Source: Candidatus Portnoybacteria bacterium (GTDB lineage Bacteria; Patescibacteriota; Minisyncoccia; Portnoybacterales; GWB1-42-6). From it: a stretch of 64,000 bases of DNA. The position numbers and the translations under genes are program-made. Under the pieces are notes generated by a model. The model was given only the letters and a program-made list of their open reading frames with translations. It was not told the origin of the DNA and did no database searches. The stretch covers positions 8,638-72,637 of the forward strand of contig JAQTYI010000004.1 of assembly GCA_028688325.1 (NCBI GenBank). The letters are read 5' to 3'. Of this stretch, positions 47,409-58,635 are shown piece after piece. Position 1 is the first letter of the stretch. Every line of letters begins with the position of its first letter.

Positions 47409-47753
47409 ATGAAAAAGACCGCTATTTTGGTGTTTTTGGCAATTTTATTGTTGGGTGGCTGTCCGGCTCTGGCTTGCCAGAGATGCGAACGCATACTTGC
47501 CAAAGGATATGCCGCCGGCTTCACGCGCGAAGAAATCGTGCGAATAATCAGCGACGGCAACCCCAAGGCCCAAGTTTATCTTGGCCAAATGGAAACGCGG
47601 TTGGAGCAGGCGATTGCGAATAAAGGCGTTCGCTTTCGCGGCGAGTCGCGGGTACAGAACAATCCGTATTTCGTTGTCGGCAACGACAAAAACTTTAGAT
47701 ACAGCAACGAGGTGATAAAAGTTCCGCCAGACATTGAAGATGAAAGGAGGTGA
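47409..47753 (+). CDS. Exported hypothetical protein with CxxC
   Basis: Signal peptide MKKTAILVFLAILLLGGC; TTGACA/TATAAT at 47310-47339. Confidence 0.65.
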   Translation: MKKTAILVFLAILLLGGCPALACQRCERILAKGYAAGFTREEIVRIISDGNPKAQVYLGQMETRLEQAIANKGVRFRGESRVQNNPYFVVGNDKNFRYSNEVIKVPPDIEDERR

Positions 47754-48409
47754 GGGTCGTGGAAAAAACAAGAAGAGAATTTTTATCTTTTATTTTTGCC
47801 TGCGCCCTTACTTCGTCTTACGGGTGCGGAAAGAACTTTCTGGTGAAAAAGGATGAAAAACCGACGATAACCAGAGAGAAAACAAAGGATGCAAAGGTTT
47901 TATTTTTACATCGCTTTCCTCCGACTCAAGAATATAAAGAATTGGGTTTGAGCAAGGGCTACACTTTCTACTCCGCCCAGAAAAGAATCAAAAAAGAAGT
48001 CGGGGAATGGAAAGCGTTCGTTAACACTGAAAATGTGGTGCTCCGGAACTACGGAGCCAAGAACGGCAAGCGCAAGCTTTACGGTCCCGGCCATCTGAAA
48101 CCCGGGCATATCTTCTTTGCCAAATTTGTCAACGAAGACGCGGATGGCAACAGAATATATCGAGCCAGGTTCATCGGCCAGTGCGGCAACGAAATCCCCG
48201 ATGACGACTTGATGATTTTGGAGACGCCGGTGGTCATCACAGAAAAGATCGTCCACTTGGACACGGATTACAAACCGGCTTTGTGGGCCGGGCTGGGCGG
48301 GCTCTTGCTGGGGCTTGGCCTGGGGTATCTGTTCTGGTTCGGCACGACAAAAACAGTGATCGCTTCCGCCGGAAGCGCTTGCTCAACTGGCGGACCAGTC
48401 CCTCGCTGA
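47750..48409 (+). CDS. Probable lipoprotein/exported protein with a C-terminal TM
   Basis: TRREFL (Tat-like) and YGC lipobox-like; TM ALWAGLGGLLLGLGLGYLFWF; GTGA overlap with AGGAGG. Confidence 0.65.
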   Translation: MRVVEKTRREFLSFIFACALTSSYGCGKNFLVKKDEKPTITREKTKDAKVLFLHRFPPTQEYKELGLSKGYTFYSAQKRIKKEVGEWKAFVNTENVVLRNYGAKNGKRKLYGPGHLKPGHIFFAKFVNEDADGNRIYRARFIGQCGNEIPDDDLMILETPVVITEKIVHLDTDYKPALWAGLGGLLLGLGLGYLFWFGTTKTVIASAGSACSTGGPVPR

Positions 48410-48557
48410 TTTGTTTGTCCTCCCGCCTGTTTACCGCCCTTTCTGTATTAATTCAACTTTGGGGGAAGAAGATTTTTCTTCCCTCCTATCTTGAAAATTT
48501 CAATTCTTTGGAGTTCTCAAGATAGGAAGAATATAAAAATGCTTTCGGAGGGAAGCA

Positions 48558-50732
48558 ATGAATATGAAGCCGACTAATATAAAAACATATTTTAATATCA
48601 TTCAAAACAAACCGGCGTTGGTTGTTTTGGCCGTTATTGCCGTTTTGATCGGGCAATTGGCCTTGCCGCTCGGCGCGATGGCCGCGGATCCGGCCTTCAA
48701 CGCCTACACGCCCTACACCCACACGGAGCAAGCGGGCCGGGATTATTTTTTGCTGGATGTCAAAAACAACACCAAGGGCACTTCCTGGGGCTTCCCGGTC
48801 AACGCGGACGCAGGCGATGTTTTGACCTTTTATTTTTACTATCATAATTCAACGCCGGATACCGTCGCCTATAACACCGTATTGCAGATTGCGGCGCCCG
48901 GCAGCCAGAATTCTTATCAGACGGTTTCCGCCAATCTTTGGGCCGACAACACCACCAACGCTTCCCGGGTGAGCCCGATGAGCCAAAGCGTGGGAATAAA
49001 CCTGAGCACCGCGCAAACCTTGCAATATGTACCCGGCACGGCCCGATGGTATCCAAACCAGGCCGATTGGCGTATCGCCGCCTCAACGCCGTTTCCCAAC
49101 GGGCAAACAGAGTCCCAGCTTTTTGGCGGGGGAATAAATATCGGCTCTATCCAGGGTTGCTGGCCTTATTCGGGCGCAATCGTTTTTCAAATGGCTGTCG
49201 GCTCCACCGCCGGCTCGCCGAATTTGGCGCTTTCCAAAATGGTCCGTAATCAAACTCAAAGCCAAAGCGGTTATTCAAACAGCGCCAACGCTTATTCGGG
49301 CGACCGTTTGACCTTTCAAATTCAAGTTTCAAATTCGGGCAATGTCGCCGCCAACAATGTCATCGTTCGGGACGCGCTGCCCTCCCAATTGAATTATGTT
49401 TTCGGTTCAACCTACAATAACAATTTTTCTGCGGCCGACGGCATTGTCGGCGGGGGAATAAATATCGGCTCTGTCGGTCCCGGCGCCACCGCTACCGTTT
49501 CGTTTGACGCCACGGTTAATTCTTCGTATTCCGCACAGACCATAACCAACACGGCCTATGTTAGCGCCGATCAAATGAGCGAACGCAACTCTTCCGCTTC
49601 GGTTTATTTGCAACCAACTTCCGCTTCCTCCGGTTCCTTAACCATCAACAAGACCGTGCGCAATTACACATACGGCTACGGCAATTTCGCCGAAAGCGTC
49701 AATGCCACCAACAACGACCGGGTAACTTTCCAGATACAGATAAGCAACAATAGCAATTTTAACGCTTACAATGTTATCGTTTCGGATTCGCTGCCTTCGG
49801 GACTGTCTTTTGTGCCCGGCACGGCGCGTTTGGATAACGGCTATATTTCCGACAGCATTATAACTTCCGGCGGAGTGAACATCGGTTCAATGTATCCCGG
49901 CGCCACTCGCACCATTTCGTTTGACGCGACAGTCGGTTATTTGGGCACGGGCTATAACAATCAAACCTATACCAATTATGCCTATGTTCGCGCCGACCAG
50001 ATCAACGAACGCAACGATTCAGCCACGGTCTATGCTTCCCAGTCGGCTCCTTACACTCCTTATTATTCTTCCCCGACTTATTATTCCAATATGGTGTTAA
50101 CCAAAACGGTGCGCAATTTAAGCGCCGATCAAACCGGTTTGGCGAGTGTTGCCAATGCACAGATCGGCGACCGGCTGCTGTTCGCCATCCAGCTGGTTAC
50201 TTCGCCAAGCGGCGCCAACCAATACAACCAAGTCAATAATGTCCGCGTTTGGGATATTTTGCCGTCGGGCCTGACCTACACGCCCAGCACAGCGCGCATG
50301 GACGGCGGCCTGGTCAGCGATTCTTTGGTTTCGGGAAACGGCATAAGCGTCGGCACGCTTTTTTCCAATCAAACCAAAACCATCACCTTTGAGGCCACGG
50401 TCAATTCCTACGGCGGAAACCAAACGATAACCAACTATGGCTACGCTTCGGGCGACGGCATCGCCCAGCAATCCGCATTCGCGCAGGTGCTGACGGGGAA
50501 TACTGTTTATGTCGCGCCGGCAGCAGTTTATCCAACCCAGGTTGTTAAGGGCGCTTCGGTTCAAGCCGTCACCGGCGGCAACGACCTGGCACGCAATATT
50601 GCCTTGTCGCTTATCATATCCATATGGGGAATCTTCGCGTTATACCTCTATATGGAGCACGAAAACTTCTGGAAGGACTTGCGCTTTAAATTCATTCTCT
50701 GGAAGATTCGACTCAAAGAAAAAGCGATGTAA
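48558..50732 (+). CDS. Surface protein with three DUF11/isopeptide-type Ig repeats and a sortase-like C-terminal signal
   Basis: Repeats L.(L/I).K.VRN...GDRL.F.I......NV.V.D.LP.GL.(Y/F)..G...I.F.ATV...TN.AY; tail AVTGG + TM + basic residues. Confidence 0.85.
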   Translation: MNMKPTNIKTYFNIIQNKPALVVLAVIAVLIGQLALPLGAMAADPAFNAYTPYTHTEQAGRDYFLLDVKNNTKGTSWGFPVNADAGDVLTFYFYYHNSTPDTVAYNTVLQIAAPGSQNSYQTVSANLWADNTTNASRVSPMSQSVGINLSTAQTLQYVPGTARWYPNQADWRIAASTPFPNGQTESQLFGGGINIGSIQGCWPYSGAIVFQMAVGSTAGSPNLALSKMVRNQTQSQSGYSNSANAYSGDRLTFQIQVSNSGNVAANNVIVRDALPSQLNYVFGSTYNNNFSAADGIVGGGINIGSVGPGATATVSFDATVNSSYSAQTITNTAYVSADQMSERNSSASVYLQPTSASSGSLTINKTVRNYTYGYGNFAESVNATNNDRVTFQIQISNNSNFNAYNVIVSDSLPSGLSFVPGTARLDNGYISDSIITSGGVNIGSMYPGATRTISFDATVGYLGTGYNNQTYTNYAYVRADQINERNDSATVYASQSAPYTPYYSSPTYYSNMVLTKTVRNLSADQTGLASVANAQIGDRLLFAIQLVTSPSGANQYNQVNNVRVWDILPSGLTYTPSTARMDGGLVSDSLVSGNGISVGTLFSNQTKTITFEATVNSYGGNQTITNYGYASGDGIAQQSAFAQVLTGNTVYVAPAAVYPTQVVKGASVQAVTGGNDLARNIALSLIISIWGIFALYLYMEHENFWKDLRFKFILWKIRLKEKAM

Positions 50733-50815
50733 TTCGGCTCGCCGCCCTGCGTTTTGCGGGGCGGTTTTTTGTTTGCCGGAATATGAATAAAGCTTGACAC
50801 GGTATGTTATAATGA

Positions 50816-51220
50816 ATGCATAGAAAACCTATGACTATTAGCCGATTCTCACAAAAAAATGCCTTGTTTTTGACAGCCATCGTAACGGTTAGTTTGCTGT
50901 CCGGCTATTTTTGTTTTCCTCCGCAAACGGCGCGAGCCGTAAATGCGCCCGGCTGCCAAGACGCAAATCAAGACGGACGCGCTATTATTTCCGGCGCCGC
51001 TGATTCCGGCGCTGTTGCACCTTGCTGCCTGCAAAAAAAAGACAATAACCACTCCGGCGCGCCAACTTTCAATAATCTCTCTTCAAAATTAGCCATCCAA
51101 CAAAATGTTTGCGCCGGATCGATCGATACCAACGCTTTCAGCGGCCAATCAACCTTTCAAGAGGTTTACACCCCTCCTCCGCAAGCCGACTTGCTTGCTT
51201 CAGTCATAAAAATAGAATAG
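50816..51220 (+). CDS. Small exported Cys-containing protein heading the copper cluster
   Basis: Signal peptide, PCC motif, C-terminal PPPQADLLASVIKIE. Confidence 0.6.
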   Translation: MHRKPMTISRFSQKNALFLTAIVTVSLLSGYFCFPPQTARAVNAPGCQDANQDGRAIISGAADSGAVAPCCLQKKDNNHSGAPTFNNLSSKLAIQQNVCAGSIDTNAFSGQSTFQEVYTPPPQADLLASVIKIE

Positions 51221-51370
51221 CCCGCTTGCCCCGTAGAGGCATCGCCTTTTACGGGGCGCGCAAAAAACTGCTTTTTAGCTGCTGATTTTATCTTGTATAA
51301 ATTTTGGCTGCGCTACTTGGCGGTTTTTTGATTGATTGATATCTGTCATAACAAAATCAACTCTTATTGC

Positions 51371-51471
51371 GTCATCCTGAGCACATTCGCTTCGCTCAGC
51401 ATAAACTCTGCGAAGGATCTAAAAATAGATTCTTCGCTGCGCCCCGCAGCCGCGGGCTTCGCTCAGAATGA
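51371..51471. repeat. GTCAT...ATGAC palindromic element with nested hairpins
   Basis: gtcatcctgagc...gcgaaggatct...agattcttcgct...gctcagaatgac. Confidence 0.85.
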
Positions 51472-51482
51472 CCGAAATCATT

Positions 51483-52853
51483 ATGTCTCTGCAAAAATTA
51501 ACGATTCAGATCAAAGGAATGCATTGCCGCTCCTGCGAAATACTGCTGGAGCAAAGCATCTCCAAAATACCGCGCGTGGAAAAATGCGAGGCGGACTGGC
51601 AAGCGGGAACGCTGCTCGTTTATTTTTCCGCCGGACAAAAACCGTCCGAAAATGAAATCGCCGAAATAATACGCGAAGCCGGATACGAAATCGGCATAAC
51701 TGAAAAGCCGTCTCTTTTCAGTAAAAACCCCAAAGATTATAAAGATCTGCTGATAGCGTTCCTTTTCCTGATAGGCGCCTACTTTATTTTCAGGGGCCTC
51801 AACTTGCCGGGCATAAATCTGCCCGCTCTTTCCGATGGGATAAGCTTTCCGATAGTTTTGCTCGTCGGCTTGGCCGCGGGATTTTCAACTTGCCTGGCGC
51901 TTGTTGGCGGGCTGGTTTTGGGCGCGGCGGCCAAATATGCCAAAGACAACCCCGATGCCGCGCCGGGCGAAAAATTCCGCGTGCATATCTTGTTCAACCT
52001 GGGCCGTATCGCCGGTTATATGTTTTTTGGCGCCTTGCTGGGAGCATTGGGCTCCGTTTTCCAATTATCTTCCTTTGTAACCGGATTCATAACGGTTCTG
52101 GTCGGCGCGGTAATGCTGATAATGGGCCTACAGCTTACCAATATCATTCCCCGCATCAGCCATTGGAAGCTGACGCTGCCCAAGGGCATCAGCCGGGCGT
52201 TGAGAATCCATAATGATCCCGGCAAATACAGCGATAACAATGCTATGGCGCTTGGCGCGATGACTTTTTTCCTGCCTTGCGGATTCACTCAGGCAATGCA
52301 GCTTTACGCCATAAGTTCCGGAAATTTTGCGGCTGGCGCACTCATTATGGGGCTTTTCGCCCTGGGCACAGCCCCGGGACTTTTAAGCATCGGGGGTCTC
52401 GTGTCATCGTTCAAAAAAAACGCGGCAGGCAAATTTTTCAAGTTTGCCGGCGTGGTGGTTGTGGCCTTGGCTTTGTTTAATATCGGCAACGGTTTTAATC
52501 TGACGGGGTGGTCCGGGAGTTTATCGGCCTTAACCAATCCTCCAAGCACGACTGCGGCGGTAAATACGGACTTTGCGCCGATCGAGAACGGCAAACAGGT
52601 CGTCAGAATGGTTGAGAGCAATTCCGGCTACAGCCCTAATCAATTCACCATCAAAAAAGGCGTGCCGGTGCGTTGGATAATAGACGCTCAGGCGCCATAT
52701 TCGTGCGCTTCCAGTATCGCAATGTCCAAGTTTAACATACGCAAAACTTTGGCGGCAGGGGAGAATATCATTGAATTCACTCCGGCTGCCACCGGCCGGA
52801 TAGATTTTTCCTGCGCCATGGGAATGTATCGTGGAGCTTTTAATGTGAAATAA
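51483..52853 (+). CDS. HMA / DsbD_2 (UreH-like) / cupredoxin metal-handling membrane protein
   Basis: GMHCRSC, STCLALVGG, FN.GR, FFLPCGFTQ, FSCAMGMY. Confidence 0.88.
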   Translation: MSLQKLTIQIKGMHCRSCEILLEQSISKIPRVEKCEADWQAGTLLVYFSAGQKPSENEIAEIIREAGYEIGITEKPSLFSKNPKDYKDLLIAFLFLIGAYFIFRGLNLPGINLPALSDGISFPIVLLVGLAAGFSTCLALVGGLVLGAAAKYAKDNPDAAPGEKFRVHILFNLGRIAGYMFFGALLGALGSVFQLSSFVTGFITVLVGAVMLIMGLQLTNIIPRISHWKLTLPKGISRALRIHNDPGKYSDNNAMALGAMTFFLPCGFTQAMQLYAISSGNFAAGALIMGLFALGTAPGLLSIGGLVSSFKKNAAGKFFKFAGVVVVALALFNIGNGFNLTGWSGSLSALTNPPSTTAAVNTDFAPIENGKQVVRMVESNSGYSPNQFTIKKGVPVRWIIDAQAPYSCASSIAMSKFNIRKTLAAGENIIEFTPAATGRIDFSCAMGMYRGAFNVK

Positions 52854-52877
52854 AACATAATTTACTAAGCTTCTAAA

Positions 52878-55259
52878 ATGAAAAAAACAATAGAACTGAA
52901 AATTTCCGGCATGCATTGCGCCTCCTGCGTAACGCTTAACGAGCGCGCCTTGAAAGCCGTTGCGGGCGTGGAAAAAGCGAGCGTCAATCTGGCGGCCGAA
53001 AAGGCCTTCGTCGTCTTTGACGACGCCAAGACCGATGTCGGCGCGCTGATAGAAACAATAAACAAAACCGGCTACGACGCCCGGGTGGCGCCGGAAAACG
53101 ATTCTGATGGCGAAACGGCGCGGCAAAGAAAAGCGATCGATTCACTGCGCAATAAATTCATCTTGAGCTCGGCCTTGAGTGCACCGATGCTTTATTTTAT
53201 GCTCTTTGATTTCATCAAGAGCTTGCCTGGAAGCAGCGTATTGGCGCCATATATCGGTATTATTTCTCTCGTTTTAACAACGCCCATGCAATTTATAATC
53301 GGCGCCAGATTCTATAAGGGCCTGTGGTCGTCGCTGAGGATGAGGACCTTCAATATGGATTCGCTTATTGCCATTGGCACAACCACGGCTTATGCCTACA
53401 GCGTAATAAATTATGCTATTTACGCTATAGGCAATAATTCTCTTATCGGCCTAACAGGAAAAATTCCCGATCTGTATTTTGAGACCGCGGCATTCCTTAT
53501 AACTTTTGTGATTCTCGGTAAATGGCTGGAAATGAAAACTACGGGCAAGACATCGGACGCCATAAAAAAACTGATGGGCCTGCAAGTCAAAACCGCCAGA
53601 GTCGTGCGCAACGGCCAAACAATGGATATCGCCATTGAGGAAGTGAAGCGCGGCGATATCGTGGTGGTGCGCCCCGGAGAAAAGATCCCGGTTGACGGCA
53701 TCATCACCAAAGGTTCTTCGGCGATAGACGAATCGCTGGTCACGGGCGAAAGTTTGCCCGTAGAAAAAAAGCTCGGCGACAGCGTTATCGGCTCAACGCT
53801 CAATAAAGTTGGCAGTTTTGAGTTTGAAGCCAAGCGCGTGGGCAGCGAAACCACGCTGGCGCAGATTATCCGCCTGATAGAGGAGGCACAGGGCTCAAAA
53901 GCGCCCATCCAGGGCTTTGCCGACCGCATCTCGGCCTATTTTGTGCCGACAGTCATCGGACTCGCCATTGTAACCTTCCTGGCTTGGTTTTTTGTCTTTG
54001 GCGCGCCGCTGAGCTTTGCCCTGATGGCCTTTACCGCCGTTATCGTCATTGCCTGCCCTTGCGCTCTGGGACTGGCCACGCCGACTTCTTTGATGGTCGG
54101 CACAGGCAAAGGAGCTGAATACGGCATCCTGATAAAAGGCGGCGAACCCCTGGAGGCGGCCTGCAATATTAACACCATAATCTTTGACAAGACAGGCACG
54201 CTGACCAAAGGCAAACCAACCGTTACCGATATTATATCGGTAACGGAATTTTCAATTTCCAATTTCCAATTTCCAAAAAATTACGGAAACGAAGAAAAAA
54301 TATTGCAAGTGGCCGCATCCATTGAAAAAAACTCGGAGCACCCTTTAGCCGAGGCCATAGTCAAGCATGCGCAAGACAAAAAGCTGGAGCTGTCTTCAAT
54401 AGAAAAATTTATGGCCATACCGGGCAAGGGAATCCAAGCGACGATCAATAATGAAAAATTCATTTTGGGCACCAGAAAATTAATTATTGAGAATCGATTG
54501 AATATCTCAAAAATCGAAACCAAGCTTAACGAATTGGAACGGCAGGGAAAAACCGCGATGATACTGACAACCAAAGAAAATATCCTTGGCGCCATCGCCG
54601 TGGCCGACACGGTCAAAGAAACATCCAAAGAAGCCGTGGCCAAGCTCAAGGAGATGCATATAGCAGTTTATATGATAACCGGCGACAACGAACGCACGGC
54701 CCGCGCCATCGCCGAGCAAGTGGGTATTGCCAATGTTTTAGCCGAAGTTCTGCCGCAAGATAAAGCCAATGAAGTCAAAAAATTGCAAAATTCAGGCAAG
54801 AAAGTGGCAATGGCGGGAGACGGCATCAATGACGCGCCGGCATTGGCGCAAGCCGACCTGGGTATCGCCATGGGTTCGGGCACGGATGTGGCCATGGAAA
54901 CGGGCGGCATCGTTTTAATGAAAAGCGACTTGAATGATGTGGTGGCGGCCTTTGAGCTGGCGCGCCAGACAATGAGCAAGATAAAGCAGAATATGTTTTT
55001 CGCGCTGTTTTACAATGTTATCGGCATTCCCATCGCCGCACGCGTTTTCGCTTTTGCCGGACTCATCTTAAAACCGGAATTGGCGGGGCTCGCCATGGCC
55101 CTAAGCTCCATTTCGGTCGTTAGCAATTCTCTTTTGCTGCGCTATTTCCGCCCCGGCAAAAAAAACTACGCCTCGATGTTTGCGCCGGTAGTTATGGTTT
55201 TGATTTTCACCTTCCTATTTGTGGAATTTGCGCGCCTGAGCTCGCAAATGGGAAATTAA
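52878..55259 (+). CDS. copA: Cu(I)-transporting P1B ATPase
   Basis: [41 protein letters not shown] and MALSS. Confidence 0.95.
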   Translation: MKKTIELKISGMHCASCVTLNERALKAVAGVEKASVNLAAEKAFVVFDDAKTDVGALIETINKTGYDARVAPENDSDGETARQRKAIDSLRNKFILSSALSAPMLYFMLFDFIKSLPGSSVLAPYIGIISLVLTTPMQFIIGARFYKGLWSSLRMRTFNMDSLIAIGTTTAYAYSVINYAIYAIGNNSLIGLTGKIPDLYFETAAFLITFVILGKWLEMKTTGKTSDAIKKLMGLQVKTARVVRNGQTMDIAIEEVKRGDIVVVRPGEKIPVDGIITKGSSAIDESLVTGESLPVEKKLGDSVIGSTLNKVGSFEFEAKRVGSETTLAQIIRLIEEAQGSKAPIQGFADRISAYFVPTVIGLAIVTFLAWFFVFGAPLSFALMAFTAVIVIACPCALGLATPTSLMVGTGKGAEYGILIKGGEPLEAACNINTIIFDKTGTLTKGKPTVTDIISVTEFSISNFQFPKNYGNEEKILQVAASIEKNSEHPLAEAIVKHAQDKKLELSSIEKFMAIPGKGIQATINNEKFILGTRKLIIENRLNISKIETKLNELERQGKTAMILTTKENILGAIAVADTVKETSKEAVAKLKEMHIAVYMITGDNERTARAIAEQVGIANVLAEVLPQDKANEVKKLQNSGKKVAMAGDGINDAPALAQADLGIAMGSGTDVAMETGGIVLMKSDLNDVVAAFELARQTMSKIKQNMFFALFYNVIGIPIAARVFAFAGLILKPELAGLAMALSSISVVSNSLLLRYFRPGKKNYASMFAPVVMVLIFTFLFVEFARLSSQMGN

Positions 55260-55307
55260 ACAGCTTATCCACTTTTTCATTCCGCTTTTTTTTGATATAC
55301 TTCCATT

Positions 55308-56411
55308 GTGAACCGATCACAACTAAACAAATTTATAACCTACCTGCAAAAAAGCGACTGGTCGGTATTTGGACCGGTTTTTACGACCGAGAAAGTCGAG
55401 GAGCTTTCACCGTTTTTGTCGGCACATATGCCTTCGGCTGTAAAAAAGACCGGCCAGATATTGATAAAGGGGATATCAAATCCCGACGAACTGAACCTGG
55501 ACGGGCAATTGCCTTTTTATTCCTTCAAACGGTTTTTTGTGCCGGAAAAAGAGGGGCTTTTTGATTACCAAAACAATAAATTAAGAGATAAAAAATCAGT
55601 TTACCCTGAGCGCAGTCAAAGGGCGCTGGTCGGCATGAATATTTTGGACATGAAAGCCGTGAATCTTTACGACCAGGTTTTTGAGAAAGACCCGTATTAC
55701 CAGGCCAGGCGGCGCAATATCCTCATCGTCGGCTATTCGTTGACGCCAGAAATAGAAAATAATATTTTTGAACACAAGTATGAAGAGGATATTCTGGAAC
55801 ATTTGCCTTTTGACATTTTTTTGGCAGATTATAACGCCCCCTCGTCCCGCGAACTGCGGAACTCGCCCCCTCTTAAATTAAGAGGGGGGTCGGGGGGGTT
55901 ATATAAAGTTTTTACTGGAAGCATAAAAGGCCAACGGATTCTGGAGCACTTTGGCTATAAGGACTATGAGCACATCCAGTTCAGCGGACCGATCAAGGAG
56001 GGGGAGGCGGACAAAAGGATGGAGCGCTTGCGCGACCGGTTAAAAAATCACCATAATTTAAAAATCTGGGAGGAATTGGGCCAGCGCTGCATCGAATGCG
56101 GCAAGTGCACCCTGGCCTGCCCAACCTGCTTTTGCTTTCGCATAGACGATGCTCCCGCGATCAAAGAAAACTTGGGCGAGCGTTCGCGCTGCTGGGATTC
56201 CTGCTATTATCAGGAATTTTCGGAAGTCGTCGGCGGGCATAAATTTCTGGACAACACCGCCAAACGCATCCATTTTTGGTATTTCCATAAATTCGCCAGG
56301 ATTCCCGATGAATTTAATTTCATGGGCTGCGTGGGCTGCCATCGCTGCGCCGCGGTCTGCCCGGTGGGAATAGATATAAATAAAGTGTTGGAGGACATAG
56401 AAAATTCTTAG
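55308..56411 (+). CDS. Group 3b (sulfhydrogenase) beta-like 4Fe-4S subunit
   Basis: CIECGKCTLACPTCFC, RCWDSC, CVGCHRCAAVCPVGID. Confidence 0.88.
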   Translation: MNRSQLNKFITYLQKSDWSVFGPVFTTEKVEELSPFLSAHMPSAVKKTGQILIKGISNPDELNLDGQLPFYSFKRFFVPEKEGLFDYQNNKLRDKKSVYPERSQRALVGMNILDMKAVNLYDQVFEKDPYYQARRRNILIVGYSLTPEIENNIFEHKYEEDILEHLPFDIFLADYNAPSSRELRNSPPLKLRGGSGGLYKVFTGSIKGQRILEHFGYKDYEHIQFSGPIKEGEADKRMERLRDRLKNHHNLKIWEELGQRCIECGKCTLACPTCFCFRIDDAPAIKENLGERSRCWDSCYYQEFSEVVGGHKFLDNTAKRIHFWYFHKFARIPDEFNFMGCVGCHRCAAVCPVGIDINKVLEDIENS

Positions 56412-56415
56412 AATC

Positions 56416-57246
56416 ATGCATAATCCCTACCAGCCGGAACCGGCAAAAATAGTTTCTATCAGCCGCCAGACAAGCAGCGTCAAGCTGTTCCGTTTTGAAT
56501 TCGCGCAAAATATCCCCGGCTGGAAATTTTCGTATCAACCCGGCCAATTCGTAGAATTATCCTTGCCCGGCTTTGGCGAAGCGCCTTTTGCGCCCTGCGG
56601 CGGCATTAAAGAGAAATATATAGAGCTTTGCGTCCGAAATGTCGGTAAGTTGACCGCCCGGCTTCACGCCATGAAGGTGGGAGATAGGGTTGCCGTTCGC
56701 GGACCCTACGGCAACGGCGCTTGGCCGGCCGGCAAATATGATTTTAAGGTGCAAAAAAATCTTTTTATCGCGGTTGGCGGGCTGGGCTTGGCGCCGTTGC
56801 GCTCGCTCCTACTTGGCAAAAACTATTTTTTGGGTAAAGATACAAAGGTGCAGATATTCTACGGCGCCAGAAATCCGCAGGAAATGCTTTTCCGCCACGA
56901 ATATGAAAATTGGAAAAAACTTAAAATAAAAATGGAGCTGACAATAGACAAAGAGCATGCCGGCTGGAAGGGCCATACCGGGCTGGTCACAACCCTATTT
57001 GATAAATGCGATGTTTTGCAGAATTCAGTGGCGTTTTTAGTCGGCCCGCCTGTGATGTATAAGCCGGTATTGGAAAGATTGAAAAAACTCGGATTTGCGG
57101 ATGAAGATATTTATTTGTCGCTGGAAAGGAGAATGCATTGCGCCGTCGGCGCTTGCCAGCATTGCGCGGTCGGGTCATATTACACCTGCAAAGACGGGCC
57201 GGTTTTTTCTTGGGCGCAAATAAAGAATATTCCCGACGCCATATAA
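56416..57246 (+). CDS. Group 3b gamma-like FAD/NAD(P) 2Fe-2S subunit
   Basis: PGQFV, GEAP, RGPYG, GGLGLAP, GPPVM, LERRMHCAVGACQHC, CKDGPVF. Confidence 0.9.
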   Translation: MHNPYQPEPAKIVSISRQTSSVKLFRFEFAQNIPGWKFSYQPGQFVELSLPGFGEAPFAPCGGIKEKYIELCVRNVGKLTARLHAMKVGDRVAVRGPYGNGAWPAGKYDFKVQKNLFIAVGGLGLAPLRSLLLGKNYFLGKDTKVQIFYGARNPQEMLFRHEYENWKKLKIKMELTIDKEHAGWKGHTGLVTTLFDKCDVLQNSVAFLVGPPVMYKPVLERLKKLGFADEDIYLSLERRMHCAVGACQHCAVGSYYTCKDGPVFSWAQIKNIPDAI

Positions 57247-57490
57247 TCATTAAAAAATAATTATTAAAAATAACGGATGCGCCGATAACGAAACTATCCG
57301 TTCACAATCGGCGGCCCTTCGTAATTTACAGGAAATATGCGAAAATTCAAATTGATGCTGGGCGACGATCTTATGGATCTATTGCCGCCAATGCTAACCT
57401 CTCTTTTTCTTATCGGCGGAGTTATCTCGTTAATCATTAAGAATTTTTAGCGCTCATTCCTATGATTTTTGAATTTGAGCGCAGCGAATT

Positions 57491-57685
57491 ATGTGCCTGA
57501 CGATTCCCAAACAAGTCGTTTCCGCCGGAAATAATTCCGTCCGCATCCGGGCCGGCAAAAAAACCGAATCAGTCGGCACCATTTTGGCGGTCAAAAAAGG
57601 GGATTGGGTGCTCACGCAAAACAGCATCATCATCAAAAAGATCACCGCCAAGCAGGCAAAAGAGATAAATAATTTCCTTAAATAA
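57491..57685 (+). CDS. hypC: HypC/HupF-like chaperone
   Basis: MCLTIP N-terminus and VKKGDWVL. Confidence 0.8.
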   Translation: MCLTIPKQVVSAGNNSVRIRAGKKTESVGTILAVKKGDWVLTQNSIIIKKITAKQAKEINNFLK

Positions 57686-57692
57686 AATTACT

Positions 57693-58628
57693 ATGCAAAA
57701 CAAAGGATTATTATTGGTTTTTTCCACCGCCATCATTTCCGGCGTTTCGGTTTTCATCAATAAATTCGGCGTGGGAATGAATAACCCGGATATTTTCACT
57801 TTCGCCAAAAATACGGCGGTAGCTGTTTTGTTTACGGCTGTTATCTTCTTTTTAAAAGACAGGAAGGCCTTATTTCAATTAAACAAAAACCAGTGGTTGC
57901 AATTGCTGGCGCTGGGTTTGATCGGCGGCTCGATTCCGTTCCTGCTTTTTTTCAAGGGCTTGGCCTTAACAAGCGCGGCTCAGGGCGCTTTTATCCATAA
58001 GACAATGTTCATTTTTGTGGTAATTCTGGCGGCCTTCATCTTAAAAGAGAAGATCAACAAAAATTTTATTATCGGCGGCTTGCTTTTGCTTCTCGGCAAT
58101 CTAATATTGCTTAAGGGCCTTCATTTTTCGTTCGGCTTGGGCGACGCGCTGGTTCTTGTCGCGGTCTTGTTCTGGGCGATGGAAAATGTCTTGGCTAAAT
58201 ATGTCCTGCGAGAAATGCCGGGCAATATCGCGGCCTGGGGGCGGATGTTTTTCGGCTCGATATTCATCCTGGCTTATTTATCCTTTACGGGACAGGCATC
58301 GCAAGTTTTGAATCTCAACTCGGCGCAAATCGGATGGATTGCCATAACTTCCGCCTTGCTTTTCGGCTACACGATAACCTGGTATAACGGATTAAAGACC
58401 GTTTCCGTTTCGATCGCCACCACGATCTTGCTCTTTGGCCTACCCATAACAACGGCGCTGTCGGCGATCTATGCTGGAAAAATAACCCCGCAAGACGCCT
58501 GGTCTATGATATTATTACTACTTGGCGTATTTATTATTGTGTCATTCCCGCCCCGCATCAAGCGCGGGGTAAACTGGAAGCGGGAATCCAGGATCCTGGA
58601 TTCCCCCGCAACTGCGGGGCGGAAATAA
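57693..58628 (+). CDS. EamA/DMT transporter; C-terminal tail encoded by a palindromic repeat
   Basis: 10-TM pattern, F..ILA...LKEK, GDALVL.AV..WA; last ~28 codons come from gtcattcccgcc...gcgggaatccag. Confidence 0.85.
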   Translation: MQNKGLLLVFSTAIISGVSVFINKFGVGMNNPDIFTFAKNTAVAVLFTAVIFFLKDRKALFQLNKNQWLQLLALGLIGGSIPFLLFFKGLALTSAAQGAFIHKTMFIFVVILAAFILKEKINKNFIIGGLLLLLGNLILLKGLHFSFGLGDALVLVAVLFWAMENVLAKYVLREMPGNIAAWGRMFFGSIFILAYLSFTGQASQVLNLNSAQIGWIAITSALLFGYTITWYNGLKTVSVSIATTILLFGLPITTALSAIYAGKITPQDAWSMILLLLGVFIIVSFPPRIKRGVNWKRESRILDSPATAGRK

Positions 58629-58635
58629 CAAAAAA

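Noticed and set aside
57247-57490. Missing hyp gene or ncRNA in the gap between hydrogenase gamma and hypC
   Set aside because: No credible ORF; it contains degenerate ataacg/cgttat-type inverted repeats and is best read as another decayed repeat shell.
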